NCBI GenBank assembly: GCA_963665235.2 | Contig: CAXXLX010000001.1 | Location: 3,104,001 to 3,168,000 of the forward strand | DNA length: 64,000 nucleotides | Origin: Candidatus Poribacteria bacterium | Lineage (GTDB): Bacteria > Poribacteria > WGA-4E > WGA-3G | Reading direction: 5' to 3' | In this document: positions 51,736 through 61,723 of the stretch, in pieces | Position numbering within the stretch: position 1 is the first letter of the stretch | Layout of the letters: each line of letters begins with the position of its first letter | Program-made: the position numbers and the translations under genes | Notes under the pieces: generated by a model | What the model saw: the letters and a program-made list of their open reading frames with translations, nothing else | What the model was told of the DNA's origin: nothing | The model's database searches: none

Positions 51736-52704
51736 ATGAAATCAAAATATAGCAAATCTCTACTCATTTCAATTGTACTACACCTCGGCATCGGCCTCAT
51801 AGGTTTCTTTTACTGGTTCGGCACCAACCCGATGGACGACACGCCAAGCATTGAAGCACTCTTTGTCCAGGCAGAAAAGCCGAAACCGAAACGGATACCG
51901 CCACCAAAACGTCCGCAAGTGCAACGCAAAACGACACGTCAGGTGAGCGAACCGAAACTGAAAATTCTCACGAGCAATCAACCGGCAACATACCGCGGAA
52001 TTGTTTCAGCTGCTGAGCCGACCGAGTTTCAACCGGTCGGTAAACTGAATCTGGCGGAAAGCGTCGAGCCCATGCCGACCCAAATTGAATTTCAAGAGAT
52101 ACCCCGCATACAGCGCGGCGTTGAACAGCCTATCAAGAAACAGCCAGAGACGGAAACCCGCTATAAGAGCCGTTTGGTTAAGTTCATTGAAGCGCAACCG
52201 GGCCCGCAAAGCATCGTCTACTGCGTCGACCTATCTAACAGCATGCAAGATTTGCCCGCCCATAAACTCAAAAAGATTATTGACCTCATGCGCAACTCGT
52301 TGACATTCCTTGAACCGCACGACCGCTTTAATATCATGGCGTTTAGTGCTGAATTAGTTATCTATCAGAAGCAGTTTGTCCCAGTGACAGCGGAGACGGT
52401 GACCGCCTCGGCAGTGTATTTAGCGAACATCACATCTCACATTCACACAGATGGTGCTGACCACGATATGCTAACAGCGTTGACAGAAACGGCAAAAACC
52501 GCGCCCACTATCGTTGTGCTCTTTAGCGATGGAATTCCGACCAGTATTGCTGTACCAAACCTCACGTTGATAAGCAGGCATGCTGAAGGGAATGGACAGA
52601 TTTTTGCTATGAGCATCGGGATGGCACCCGATTTTCCCGGTGCAGTGATGCTAAAGCAGCTTGCCACTGTGAGTAAAGGCGACTTTTGGCTTGTCGATAG
52701 GTAA
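51736..52704 (+). CDS. Membrane-anchored von Willebrand A domain protein
   Basis: SIVLH TM anchor, Pro/Lys-rich linker, MIDAS DLSNSM, LFSDG. Confidence 0.82.
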   Translation: MKSKYSKSLLISIVLHLGIGLIGFFYWFGTNPMDDTPSIEALFVQAEKPKPKRIPPPKRPQVQRKTTRQVSEPKLKILTSNQPATYRGIVSAAEPTEFQPVGKLNLAESVEPMPTQIEFQEIPRIQRGVEQPIKKQPETETRYKSRLVKFIEAQPGPQSIVYCVDLSNSMQDLPAHKLKKIIDLMRNSLTFLEPHDRFNIMAFSAELVIYQKQFVPVTAETVTASAVYLANITSHIHTDGADHDMLTALTETAKTAPTIVVLFSDGIPTSIAVPNLTLISRHAEGNGQIFAMSIGMAPDFPGAVMLKQLATVSKGDFWLVDR

Positions 52705-52752
52705 AAAAGTCGTAGGCGGACACCGTTGCACCGTAACAAGAGAAATAACCGC

Positions 52753-54540
52753 ATGTCCCCATCATCAATTCACACGCGTGCAGAGAAAATTGCTGAAGGA
52801 TTGTATCCGCACCAAATAGAGGGTATCGCCTTTCTGCTTGGTCGTCGCCGCGCGCTTCTTGCTGACGATATGGGGCTCGGCAAAACCCGACAATCTATCA
52901 TCGCCATGGTTGAAGCGGAAGCGGAGGGCCCCTATCTCGTTATATGTCCGGCTTCTGTCAAACGGAATTGGGCACGCGAAATCCAAATCGTGCTTCCGAC
53001 AGCCAACCCCACTATTGTCGGCCCCGCACCGCTTCCATCAAATAATTACCGAGACTGGATTATCATCAACTACGCGCTGCTCGGTAAACATATAGAGGGT
53101 CTCCTCACATTTGACTGGAAAGGGGTTGTTTTTGACGAGGCGCATTACCTGAAAAATCATCAGAGCCAGCGCAGCCGGAACGCTACCAAACTACTCAAAG
53201 CGATTCCGCATGAGCCGATAGTCCACGCCTTAACCGGCACCCCGATGACGAATCGGCCCCGCGACCTTTTCCCACTCTTGCAATTAACAAATCACCCACT
53301 CGGCAAAAGTTTTCTCAGCTTCGCCAAGCGTTACTGTGATGCCTATCAGGGGGAATACGGTTTGGTAGCCGATGGCGCAAGCAATATTGAGGAATTAACT
53401 GTCCAGCTTCACGGAGTCATGCTGCGCCGCACTAAAAATGAGGTATTGGACCTACCCCCAAAGGTGCGAACGTGGTTGGATGTTGAACTGCACCCTTACG
53501 CCATTCAACACTTCAATAGTGCGGTCCGTGAGTTTCTGACCAAATTTGATGCAGCTGCACCTGTCGAGGCTTCTGAGGCGGAGCCGGAAAATTCGGGGCG
53601 GCGGCACGCTGTCGGTCGGTTAACCACTGCCCGCCGAAAGCTCGCCTTTGCCAAATGCAGGCAGACCACCAAGTTCGTCGAAAACGCCTTAGAACAGGGT
53701 GAAAAGGTTATCCTCTTCACTAATTTTCTCAATACAATGGAACGTTTCCACAAGCATTTCGGTGACCGAGCCGTTTTCGTCTCTGGTGAAGTGTCCGCCG
53801 AAGAACGACAAAATCGGGTTGACCAATTTCAAAACGACAAAAACGTCAGACTTTTCATCGCCAATATGCACACCGCCGGGGTAGGGATAAATCTAACGGC
53901 AGCACGCCAAATCGTCTTCAACGATTTAGATTGGGTTCCCGCAAATCACTGGCAGGCAGAAGACCGTGCTTACCGCATCGGGCAGACCGGAACTGTTAAC
54001 GTCACCTATATGATAGCGCGCGGCACGGTAGATGAATTTGTCAAAACTGTGCTGGAAACCAAAGCAGCACTTATGGCTGCTGTCGTTGAAGGCACACTGC
54101 TGATACCGAATAGCGAAGGTGAGGTGCAAACCGATGTCCTCAGCGAACTCAAGCGGATGATGAACATCCTCTCCGTACATGCCACCGATGTTGCGGAGAC
54201 AGAGCTGCACGGTGTACTCCAAAAAGCGAGCGACACCTATCTTGAAGAGAACGTCTCACATCTCAAGGAAGCTGCTCGGGTGCAGCTACGTCCCTATTCC
54301 GAAGAAGCCATCCGTACCTTAGTCCAAGTCCTCGCCGGTCCGAAGCGGCAGTGCTATCGTGTTGAGAGTTCATCACAAAACGGCAAGTTTTACACGTTGG
54401 AGGTTGTCGGGGTGGATGTGACCTGCGATTGTCCGGGCTTTACGCACCGCGGGAGCTGCCGACATGTCAGGCCTCTGAAAGCTGCGCTCGTTGCAGAAAA
54501 ACCACCCCCAGAAGAATATAGGAACGTTTCATCCGATTAG
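52753..54540 (+). CDS. SNF2-family helicase with C-terminal SWIM zinc finger
   Basis: LADDMGLGKT, DEAH, LTGTP, QAEDRAYRIGQ; CDCPGFTHRGSCRH. Confidence 0.9.
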   Translation: MSPSSIHTRAEKIAEGLYPHQIEGIAFLLGRRRALLADDMGLGKTRQSIIAMVEAEAEGPYLVICPASVKRNWAREIQIVLPTANPTIVGPAPLPSNNYRDWIIINYALLGKHIEGLLTFDWKGVVFDEAHYLKNHQSQRSRNATKLLKAIPHEPIVHALTGTPMTNRPRDLFPLLQLTNHPLGKSFLSFAKRYCDAYQGEYGLVADGASNIEELTVQLHGVMLRRTKNEVLDLPPKVRTWLDVELHPYAIQHFNSAVREFLTKFDAAAPVEASEAEPENSGRRHAVGRLTTARRKLAFAKCRQTTKFVENALEQGEKVILFTNFLNTMERFHKHFGDRAVFVSGEVSAEERQNRVDQFQNDKNVRLFIANMHTAGVGINLTAARQIVFNDLDWVPANHWQAEDRAYRIGQTGTVNVTYMIARGTVDEFVKTVLETKAALMAAVVEGTLLIPNSEGEVQTDVLSELKRMMNILSVHATDVAETELHGVLQKASDTYLEENVSHLKEAARVQLRPYSEEAIRTLVQVLAGPKRQCYRVESSSQNGKFYTLEVVGVDVTCDCPGFTHRGSCRHVRPLKAALVAEKPPPEEYRNVSSD

Positions 54541-54571
54541 GCGAAAGCATATCCAGCCGCTAAAAAACCCC

Positions 54572-55594
54572 CTAACGAATCCGATACCGCTCCACAGCGT
54601 CCATATCCAGACTGATACCCAGCCCCGGGGCATCTGATAGGTTTATAGCACCGTTTGAGAGGTCCATACTACCGCCAGATAGGTCATCAATGCGGATGTG
54701 TGGCAGTTCGTCAATCGGCATTGTGCAGTTCGGCACTGTACATACGAGATGCGCAGCGAAGGTCGACGCAACACATGAACCGAACGCGAAGAGCTGCACC
54801 CAAATCGGTATATCCGCAGCCTCGGCAACGGCTGCACTTTTGCGAAGGCCCGCGACATTCCCGAACGTATTCACCGCATCCACCGCATCGGCGCGGATGT
54901 TTTTCAAAACCTCTTGGGGTCCCCCGATATGCCGAGCGACTGGGACCTCTACCTTCTCCCGAAGCTGCCGATACCAGGACAAATCTTCAAACCGAATCGG
55001 GTCTTCATAAACCTCTATGTTATACGGCAGCAGCTCCTGTGCTAATCGGAGCCCCGTTTCCAAATCGCCAAACTCCGTATTCGGGTCAACGCGAATCTGA
55101 AAGTCTGGCCCGCATGCCTCCGTGATTAGGCGTGCCGTTTCAACGATATTCGCGCTGCGCGCCTTGAGTTTATGCACTCGAAACCCTAGGTCCGCTGCGC
55201 GTTCCGCCTCTGCTGCTGTTGCCTCTGGTGGCATCGGCGGCGACCAATAGGCAAGTTCAACACTATCCCTACATTTCGCGCCGATTAACTTATAAGCAGG
55301 TACACCGAGGGCCTGCCCTGCCAAATCATAAAAAGCGGACTGAAGCGCGAATCCCTCGGAAGCAAGGTCGATATCCCAAAGATTTCTGCCGACATACCTA
55401 TCCGCAATAGAATCCGCTTGGTCCGTAATATCGCCATGCGCCGCAGCACTTTCCCCTAAGCCTACTAGGCCTTCATCTGTGTGCACCCAAATTAAGGTTG
55501 TTGGATATTCCATGCCCGAGTGTTCCTGTATCGCAGGAATGAACGGGATAGAAACAGTACGGTATTCAATAGATGTAATTTTCATGGGTTGCAT
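54572..55594 (-). CDS. Mandelate racemase/muconate lactonizing enzyme family
   Basis: TDEGLVGLGE, YDLAGQ, HKLK, VDPN, YEDP, PGLG. Confidence 0.88.
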   Translation of the reverse strand: MQPMKITSIEYRTVSIPFIPAIQEHSGMEYPTTLIWVHTDEGLVGLGESAAAHGDITDQADSIADRYVGRNLWDIDLASEGFALQSAFYDLAGQALGVPAYKLIGAKCRDSVELAYWSPPMPPEATAAEAERAADLGFRVHKLKARSANIVETARLITEACGPDFQIRVDPNTEFGDLETGLRLAQELLPYNIEVYEDPIRFEDLSWYRQLREKVEVPVARHIGGPQEVLKNIRADAVDAVNTFGNVAGLRKSAAVAEAADIPIWVQLFAFGSCVASTFAAHLVCTVPNCTMPIDELPHIRIDDLSGGSMDLSNGAINLSDAPGLGISLDMDAVERYRIR

Positions 55595-55697
55595 CTCCTT
55601 GACATATTAGATATTGACAAGAGTCGTCTAACAATTTTCTACATTACAAATATTATAGCACAATGTCAACTTATTGCAATCGTTTTGCAATTTAAAC

Positions 55698-55727
55698 TTG
55701 ACGTACCCACAAAATTAATGCTATACT
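55698..55727 (+). promoter_or_regulatory. Putative sigma70 promoter of the Argonaute operon
   Basis: TTGACG-N18-TATACT with TG extension, about 110 bp upstream of the TTG start. Confidence 0.5.
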
Positions 55728-55838
55728 CAATTTCAGTGGGACGAGCCTGTTAGTTGAAAACCCTTCGGGGCGGTATGTGTCCCGTAATATTCAGATTTGG
55801 CATTAGCATTTACCACAAAATCTTGAGAGGACAGCATT

Positions 55839-58601
55839 TTGGTATTTCAAACGGCAACTATTGGACGCTTACGTTCACTCTTTTCACAGGGCCCCGAGCC
55901 GATTTTCCTGCTGGGTGCTGGTGCTTCTGTTAAATCGGGTATTCCACTATCACATGATATGGTGGAAAAAATCGCTAGATGGGGGTACTGCCTTGATAAC
56001 GGCTTGGAGCCGAAAGACCCACGCCCACGGCGTAGCGACTGGTACCCGTGGTTGAGAAGGCAGAAGTGGTATCGAGAGGATTGGGAATTGGTGGCGCACT
56101 ACCCCGCAGCTGTAGAAAATACGCTTCGACCCCGTCAAACCCGAAAAGATTTCTTTCTGGACATCCTAAAGACACAGGTGGAACCGAGTAGCGGTTATAA
56201 GCATCTTGCGGAACTTATGGCGCGGGAACACGTTCGTACCGTGCTCACCACAAATTTTGATACAATTTTGCAAGATGTGTGCAAAGCAAACAAGCGGCCC
56301 CACCATATAGAGGTCATCCAGACAACGTCTGACTATACGAAATTATCAACGAGTCTGCCATACTCACAGCTCGTCTATCTGCACGGTTCCGTTGAACATT
56401 ACACCGACAAGAACACTGTTGCTGAAATAAACGAAGAACTGCACCCGGACCTTGTATCAAAGGTGCTGCCATTTTTAAGAGACCACCCGTTGATTGTCAT
56501 AGGTTATCGAGGGGCGGAACCTTCTATCATGAAGCATCTTCTTATTGATAATGCAGCGGCGGCAGAGGGATATCGACACGGCATCTATTGGTGCGCGCGA
56601 AATTATACAGAAGATTCTGACAGTCTCACTCCGTTCGTACATGAACTCGCCGGAGAGATTCAAGCAAACTTTCAGGTTGTCCCTATTGATGGATTTGATG
56701 AAGTAATGGAGGACTTATGGCATCACGTTCAACAGCACGTGCAGGATTATCATCAACCGCAAGTCCACACGGTTACAGAAGAATCGCCATCGCTTCCCCA
56801 TGATTTCAAGAAACTCACCGACGCTACGCTAGATGATTTTGATTGGCCCCCTATGAGAGTTCGACTATTGCAGTACTGCCAAACGACCGTATTACAAATA
56901 CCACCTGTAGGTGTTAGGAACGACGATTGGTTTACGCAACTATTGTGTAATCAACATCTCGCTTCACGGACAGAAGAGGGGAACATTTTCCCAACGGTGG
57001 GGGGGTACTTACTCTTTGCTGAAACCCCACAGCACCAAATCCAAACTGCTCAAGTCGTAGTACGTCTAAAGGGAGATGCAAAGTGGCTCAGAACTGTTTT
57101 CGATATCTCCGAGGGGGAGACAGAGCAGATAATCGTAGGGAACCTTTGGGCCCAACTTGAAGATATATATACCCTATTTTCCCGTGTCAACCGCGGGTTC
57201 GTCCTAAAAGGCGGGCGACACTCAAAAAATGTGTCCCCCTATCCGCCAGATGCTTTGAGAGAGATAGTTGTCAATGCACTTGTGCACCGTGACTACAAGA
57301 AAGATGCACCCATCCTGATTGAAATTGAGCAGACCTATATTCGTGTCCACAATCCAGGCGGATTGGTTCAAGATGTTGTAGACCAGATGAGAGGAACATC
57401 CCAAGAAGAGATAAAAAGCGTGTTTGAAACAAAAATCAAAGGTGGAAACAGCATCCAAGGTTACCGAAACCCGGTGGTAGCAGACCTGTTCTACGGGGCA
57501 GCGGAAATGGAGAAGGCAGGCTCTGGACTATCAAAGGTATGGCAGGCAAGCGAGGAGAACAACAATGAAGTGAGCTTTGGACCTGTGGATAACAACACCG
57601 CTTTTGAAATAACAATCTCCCGGCGCCCAGAAGTCGTTGACGATACTACGGGAACTGCCTATAGGGAGGATAATTTCGACCGCTACGCGAGCAATCTCCT
57701 TGAGGTCAGCAGCTTCCCTGAGGTCGTTTGGCACGCTGGCACCGACGCACGAAAAATAGGGGAGGTGTGGGACAAAACCGGTGCAGACTGGTTGCCACCG
57801 TTTATGCTCTATGCTGAAAGACTTTTCACTTTCGACATGCTTTCCACACCCGCCAATCCGCTCTATCCTATAATAGACGCTAACGATATAGCGAAGATGA
57901 CTGTTGACGAATTTATCGACGTTCACGGTGAACAACGTTTCGTCTGGCTCCTCAATACGTGTTTTTTCAGACATCTTGAGGCACAAGGACTATGGGTAGA
58001 CAAAACGCGAAAACGTGCATATTTTCCTAAAACCGATGAAAATGCTCGAGAGGTCACCTATCAGGCGCGTGTGCGCCGTGCCACCCGAAAAGTGGTGAAA
58101 AAGAGAAAAAATTATTGGGAGCATAAATCCTTTTGGTTTCGGTTTGAACGTTTCGGTGATTTTTGGGCACTTGTCCTACTTCCCAGTTATGTTTTCACTA
58201 CTGATGGAGAAGATGCACGTTTACCAAGGGATTTGGTTAACAAATTTTCCAATAGGCACCAAAGTCGCGACTATAACAATGTTGTCCACAATGACCTTGT
58301 GTTCTGGACACAAGTGCTTTCAGGTGGAAAACAGGGCACTTTTGCACTCAATACAGGGCAAGCTGACACGATTGCAGCAAACGAAATTCATCAACTCAGC
58401 AGACCCCAAATCCGGATTACAGCAAACCTGTCTGCAACCGAAGGGCTCGATTTCAAGGCTGATGCGCGGGGCATTGAACGCTCTGATAAGTTGGATACTA
58501 CCCAATTGGAGGCGGAATTCTCACAGGCTGTTTCACAATTGGCGGAGGAAGAAGATGTTAATTCAGATGGAACTTACCCATTTACCGCCTCCCGAAATTG
58601 A
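55839..58601 (+). CDS. SIR2-like (DHS-like) + HATPase/RecG-C-like + APAZ protein, short pAgo partner
   Basis: LLGAGAS..SGIP, TTNFD, LHGS, IGY; ALREIVVNALVHRDY, NPGGL, RNP, EKAGSG; ASNLL, YWEH, LPSYVFTTDG. Confidence 0.8.
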   Translation: MVFQTATIGRLRSLFSQGPEPIFLLGAGASVKSGIPLSHDMVEKIARWGYCLDNGLEPKDPRPRRSDWYPWLRRQKWYREDWELVAHYPAAVENTLRPRQTRKDFFLDILKTQVEPSSGYKHLAELMAREHVRTVLTTNFDTILQDVCKANKRPHHIEVIQTTSDYTKLSTSLPYSQLVYLHGSVEHYTDKNTVAEINEELHPDLVSKVLPFLRDHPLIVIGYRGAEPSIMKHLLIDNAAAAEGYRHGIYWCARNYTEDSDSLTPFVHELAGEIQANFQVVPIDGFDEVMEDLWHHVQQHVQDYHQPQVHTVTEESPSLPHDFKKLTDATLDDFDWPPMRVRLLQYCQTTVLQIPPVGVRNDDWFTQLLCNQHLASRTEEGNIFPTVGGYLLFAETPQHQIQTAQVVVRLKGDAKWLRTVFDISEGETEQIIVGNLWAQLEDIYTLFSRVNRGFVLKGGRHSKNVSPYPPDALREIVVNALVHRDYKKDAPILIEIEQTYIRVHNPGGLVQDVVDQMRGTSQEEIKSVFETKIKGGNSIQGYRNPVVADLFYGAAEMEKAGSGLSKVWQASEENNNEVSFGPVDNNTAFEITISRRPEVVDDTTGTAYREDNFDRYASNLLEVSSFPEVVWHAGTDARKIGEVWDKTGADWLPPFMLYAERLFTFDMLSTPANPLYPIIDANDIAKMTVDEFIDVHGEQRFVWLLNTCFFRHLEAQGLWVDKTRKRAYFPKTDENAREVTYQARVRRATRKVVKKRKNYWEHKSFWFRFERFGDFWALVLLPSYVFTTDGEDARLPRDLVNKFSNRHQSRDYNNVVHNDLVFWTQVLSGGKQGTFALNTGQADTIAANEIHQLSRPQIRITANLSATEGLDFKADARGIERSDKLDTTQLEAEFSQAVSQLAEEEDVNSDGTYPFTASRN

Positions 58602-60042
58602 ATTTGGTTCGCCGGTCATCTCTACCGATTTGAAAATCGGACTTACTGAAGCAGGCCCGTTCGACCTGCGTTTCGGGGCCGCTCACAAAAAAGAAATTCG
58701 CGTTGGGCTCGTCGGAAATGCCGAAATGCTAAAGCAGGCGCAGCAATGGCTTAAACGTTGTCAGGCGCACATCCCATCGGAATTGGACACTGAAGGCTCC
58801 ACACAACATAAGGCGTTTCCCGGATTTGAACCTATTTTCCGTGCCTCACTTGTAGTGAACGAGCAATGGACAGAACTAATTGGAGATAATGAGCTTGAGG
58901 CGGCACTCTCAAAAAATAATCCATCCCGTTTTGAGGCGGTGTTAGCACGTTATGCAAACGCAGCCGAGAAACTCGCTGATAACACCAATATCCCCCCCGA
59001 TGTTGTGATATGTTGTTTGCCTGACGAAGTCGTCCAAACCTGTTCGAGCATATCAAAATCCTTGACTCCACAGCAGCGGAAACTCATTAAGAGGCGACAA
59101 GCTGAACGTGAACAGGGACAACTCGTTTTATTTGACGACATAGAAGAGACAGAAACTGATCTGCTGAATCGGGATTTCAGACGTGCTTTAAAAGCCCGGA
59201 CCATGAAATTTGGTATGCCAATTCAGATTGGGACAAATCGTCTGTTTGAAGATCAGGACACTAATCAGGATGCTGCTACGCGAGCGTGGAACATGAGCGT
59301 GGCACTCTATTACAAAGCGGGCGGGATACCGTGGCGTTATAAAACAACAGGTCCAGAAACCTGCTTTGTCGGTATCAGTTTTCATCACCTGCGAACGCCA
59401 ACAAAACATATTGTCTACGCTAGCTTAGCACAAGCGTTTTCAAGTCGTGGCGAAGGGTTTGCACTTCGCGGAGAACCCATCCCTTGGAAGGAAAAACAGG
59501 GCAGAAATGTTCATCTAACTGCTGAACAAGCAACCAAACTTGCAGGTCAAGTCCTTCAAGAATACAGTGAACAGACAGGCGGAAATCCGAAGCGGGTTGT
59601 GCTTCATAAAACATCAAAATTTGATGACTCGGAACAGGAAGGCTTTAAACACGGTTTTCGCGATATTCCGATAGTTGAATTAATTAATATTATGCCGACA
59701 CACTTTCGGCTCTTGACATACGGCGCGTATCCACCGACAAGAGGAACTTTTTGTACGGTGAATAAGACAGCCACATATCTGTTCACCACAGGTTACATGC
59801 CTGAATGGCGAACATATCCCGGTCCCCACATCCCTGCCCCCGTCCGGCTTGTAAGCGATGATAATGTCGACATGCATCAGGTCGCTGCTGATATCCTAGG
59901 TCTTGCCCGGATGAATTGGAATACTGCAAGCATGAGCAGTGGTCATCCTGTGACGCTCTATTTTTCCCGTCGCGTTGGGGGTATTATGGCAGAAGTAGGA
60001 GAAAACGAACAGCCGCATCCCTCTTTCCGGTACTATATATAG
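58555..60042 (+). CDS. Short prokaryotic Argonaute (MID-PIWI, catalytically inactive), 495 aa
   Basis: ATG 58555 after GGAGG; FRRALKA, PIQI, YYKAGGIPW, CFVGISF, VVLHKTS, YPPTRGT, LARMNWN, PVTL. Confidence 0.9.
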   Translation: MLIQMELTHLPPPEIEFGSPVISTDLKIGLTEAGPFDLRFGAAHKKEIRVGLVGNAEMLKQAQQWLKRCQAHIPSELDTEGSTQHKAFPGFEPIFRASLVVNEQWTELIGDNELEAALSKNNPSRFEAVLARYANAAEKLADNTNIPPDVVICCLPDEVVQTCSSISKSLTPQQRKLIKRRQAEREQGQLVLFDDIEETETDLLNRDFRRALKARTMKFGMPIQIGTNRLFEDQDTNQDAATRAWNMSVALYYKAGGIPWRYKTTGPETCFVGISFHHLRTPTKHIVYASLAQAFSSRGEGFALRGEPIPWKEKQGRNVHLTAEQATKLAGQVLQEYSEQTGGNPKRVVLHKTSKFDDSEQEGFKHGFRDIPIVELINIMPTHFRLLTYGAYPPTRGTFCTVNKTATYLFTTGYMPEWRTYPGPHIPAPVRLVSDDNVDMHQVAADILGLARMNWNTASMSSGHPVTLYFSRRVGGIMAEVGENEQPHPSFRYYI

Positions 60043-60199
60043 CGATTAGCAATTAGCACTTGGCGATTGGAAACCAGAGGTTGTGATTCTAAGAGGAACT
60101 CTGAAGCGCGTCAGAGGTTTCTCCTCGAGTGTACACACCCTAAAATCCGTGTCCTCTGTGTTCTCCGCACTAATCCGCAATTCTGAACACGCGCCAAAT

Positions 60200-60247
60200 C
60201 CACTCTTCCACTCTTCCATCCTTCCATTCTTCCATCCTTCCATCTAT
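60200..60247. repeat. 8-bp tandem repeat (cttccatc-like), same class as 5462-5512
   Basis: ccactcttccactcttccatccttccattcttccatccttccatc. Confidence 0.75.
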
Positions 60248-60355
60248 CATTATGACAAAACTGTACACACCCCTGCACATTTTCTGCTTGACATATCTCT
60301 GAAAATTTTCTAAAATAGATATAGTCAAACCGAAATAGAAAGGAAAAACAGAGAT

Positions 60356-61711
60356 ATGCCACAAAAACCTAATGTCATTGTCTTTTTCACGGACCAACAG
60401 CGATGGGACACTTCCGGCTTACACGGCAACCCACTTGATCTCACGCCTAACTTCGATCGGATGGCACAACGGGGCACCCACATACGTCGCTCCTTTACGT
60501 GTCAACCTGTCTGCGGGCCCGCACGTTCATGTCTCCAAACCGGATTATATGCCACAAGCACGGGCTGTTTTCGAAACGGTATCCCGTTATCACCTGAACT
60601 CAAAACGCTTGCACACCATTTCAGCGAGGCGAACTACGCCACCGGATACATCGGAAAGTGGCACCTCTATAGCGGAGGCACTGGCCCCGGTCCTGTGCCT
60701 GCTGAGCATCGCGGGGGATACGATTATTGGTTAGCCTCCAACGTACTGGAATTCACCTCCGATGCCTATCAGACAACACTCTACGATAACGATAATCAAC
60801 CTGTTGACCTGCCCGGCTATCGCGTGGATGCCTTAACCGATGCTGTGATTCGCTACGTCGATACGCATAAAAACGAACCCTTCTATCTATTCACGTCATA
60901 CATTGAACCGCATCACCAAAACCATTTGGACGATTATCCGCCGCCGGATGGGTATCGGGAGAGGTATACAGGGAAGTGGATACCCCCTGATCTTGCCGCC
61001 CTCGGCGGCTCGACACACCAGCACCTCGGTGGCTACTACGGTATGGTAAAAAGATTGGACGAAGCACTCGGTAGACTTTTAGACGCGCTGAAGAGCTTAC
61101 ATCTGCTTGATAACACTATCCTTCTTTTTACCTCCGACCACGGGTGTCATTTCAAAACGCGCAACAGTGAATACAAACGTTCATGTCATGAGAGCTCCAT
61201 CCGTGTTCCGACAGCGTTCCACGGACCTGGGTTTATCGGCGGGGGGCAGGTTCAGGAGCTTGTCAGCCTCGTCGATCTGCCGCCGACACTGCTTGATGCT
61301 GCAGGATTATCAGTACCCGCTGAAATGCAAGGACGTTCTATCCTGCCGCTGCTGCGTGATGAAACTGACGCGTGGCCGGAGGAGGTTTTCGTCCAAATTA
61401 GCGAGGCACAGGTAGGACGAGCTGTTCGCACCCAACGTTGGAAATACGGTGTAGATGCCCCGAAAAAAAGCGGGGGAAGAGACGCTGGCTCCGACCAGTA
61501 CGAGGAGCAATACCTTTACGACCTCCAAGCCGACCCCTACGAGTTACGGAATCTCATCGGGTTGCGTTCGCATGAAAATGTCGCTGCGGTCATGCGGGAA
61601 CGGCTCATTCAGCGGATGGTGGAAGCAGGCGAAGATGCACCGACAATCACGCCAGCCACACCACAAGGCAGTGGACAACGCAGCGTCTCCGATGCGGAAG
61701 CACGGAGCTAA
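60356..61711 (+). CDS. Cys-type sulfatase
   Basis: PNVI..FTDQQR, CGPARSCLQTG, GKWHL, SDHG. Confidence 0.93.
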   Translation: MPQKPNVIVFFTDQQRWDTSGLHGNPLDLTPNFDRMAQRGTHIRRSFTCQPVCGPARSCLQTGLYATSTGCFRNGIPLSPELKTLAHHFSEANYATGYIGKWHLYSGGTGPGPVPAEHRGGYDYWLASNVLEFTSDAYQTTLYDNDNQPVDLPGYRVDALTDAVIRYVDTHKNEPFYLFTSYIEPHHQNHLDDYPPPDGYRERYTGKWIPPDLAALGGSTHQHLGGYYGMVKRLDEALGRLLDALKSLHLLDNTILLFTSDHGCHFKTRNSEYKRSCHESSIRVPTAFHGPGFIGGGQVQELVSLVDLPPTLLDAAGLSVPAEMQGRSILPLLRDETDAWPEEVFVQISEAQVGRAVRTQRWKYGVDAPKKSGGRDAGSDQYEEQYLYDLQADPYELRNLIGLRSHENVAAVMRERLIQRMVEAGEDAPTITPATPQGSGQRSVSDAEARS

Positions 61712-61723
61712 TAAGGAGAAACA

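Noticed and set aside
55735-55790. Dedicated guide ncRNA upstream of the Argonaute operon
   Set aside because: The short gggac...gtccc / cccttcgggg hairpin resembles a degenerate copy of the local REP-like family; nothing supports a distinct RNA
58144-58554. N-terminal extension making the Argonaute 632 aa
   Set aside because: It overlaps the APAZ coding region in another frame; the RBS and family length favour ATG 58555
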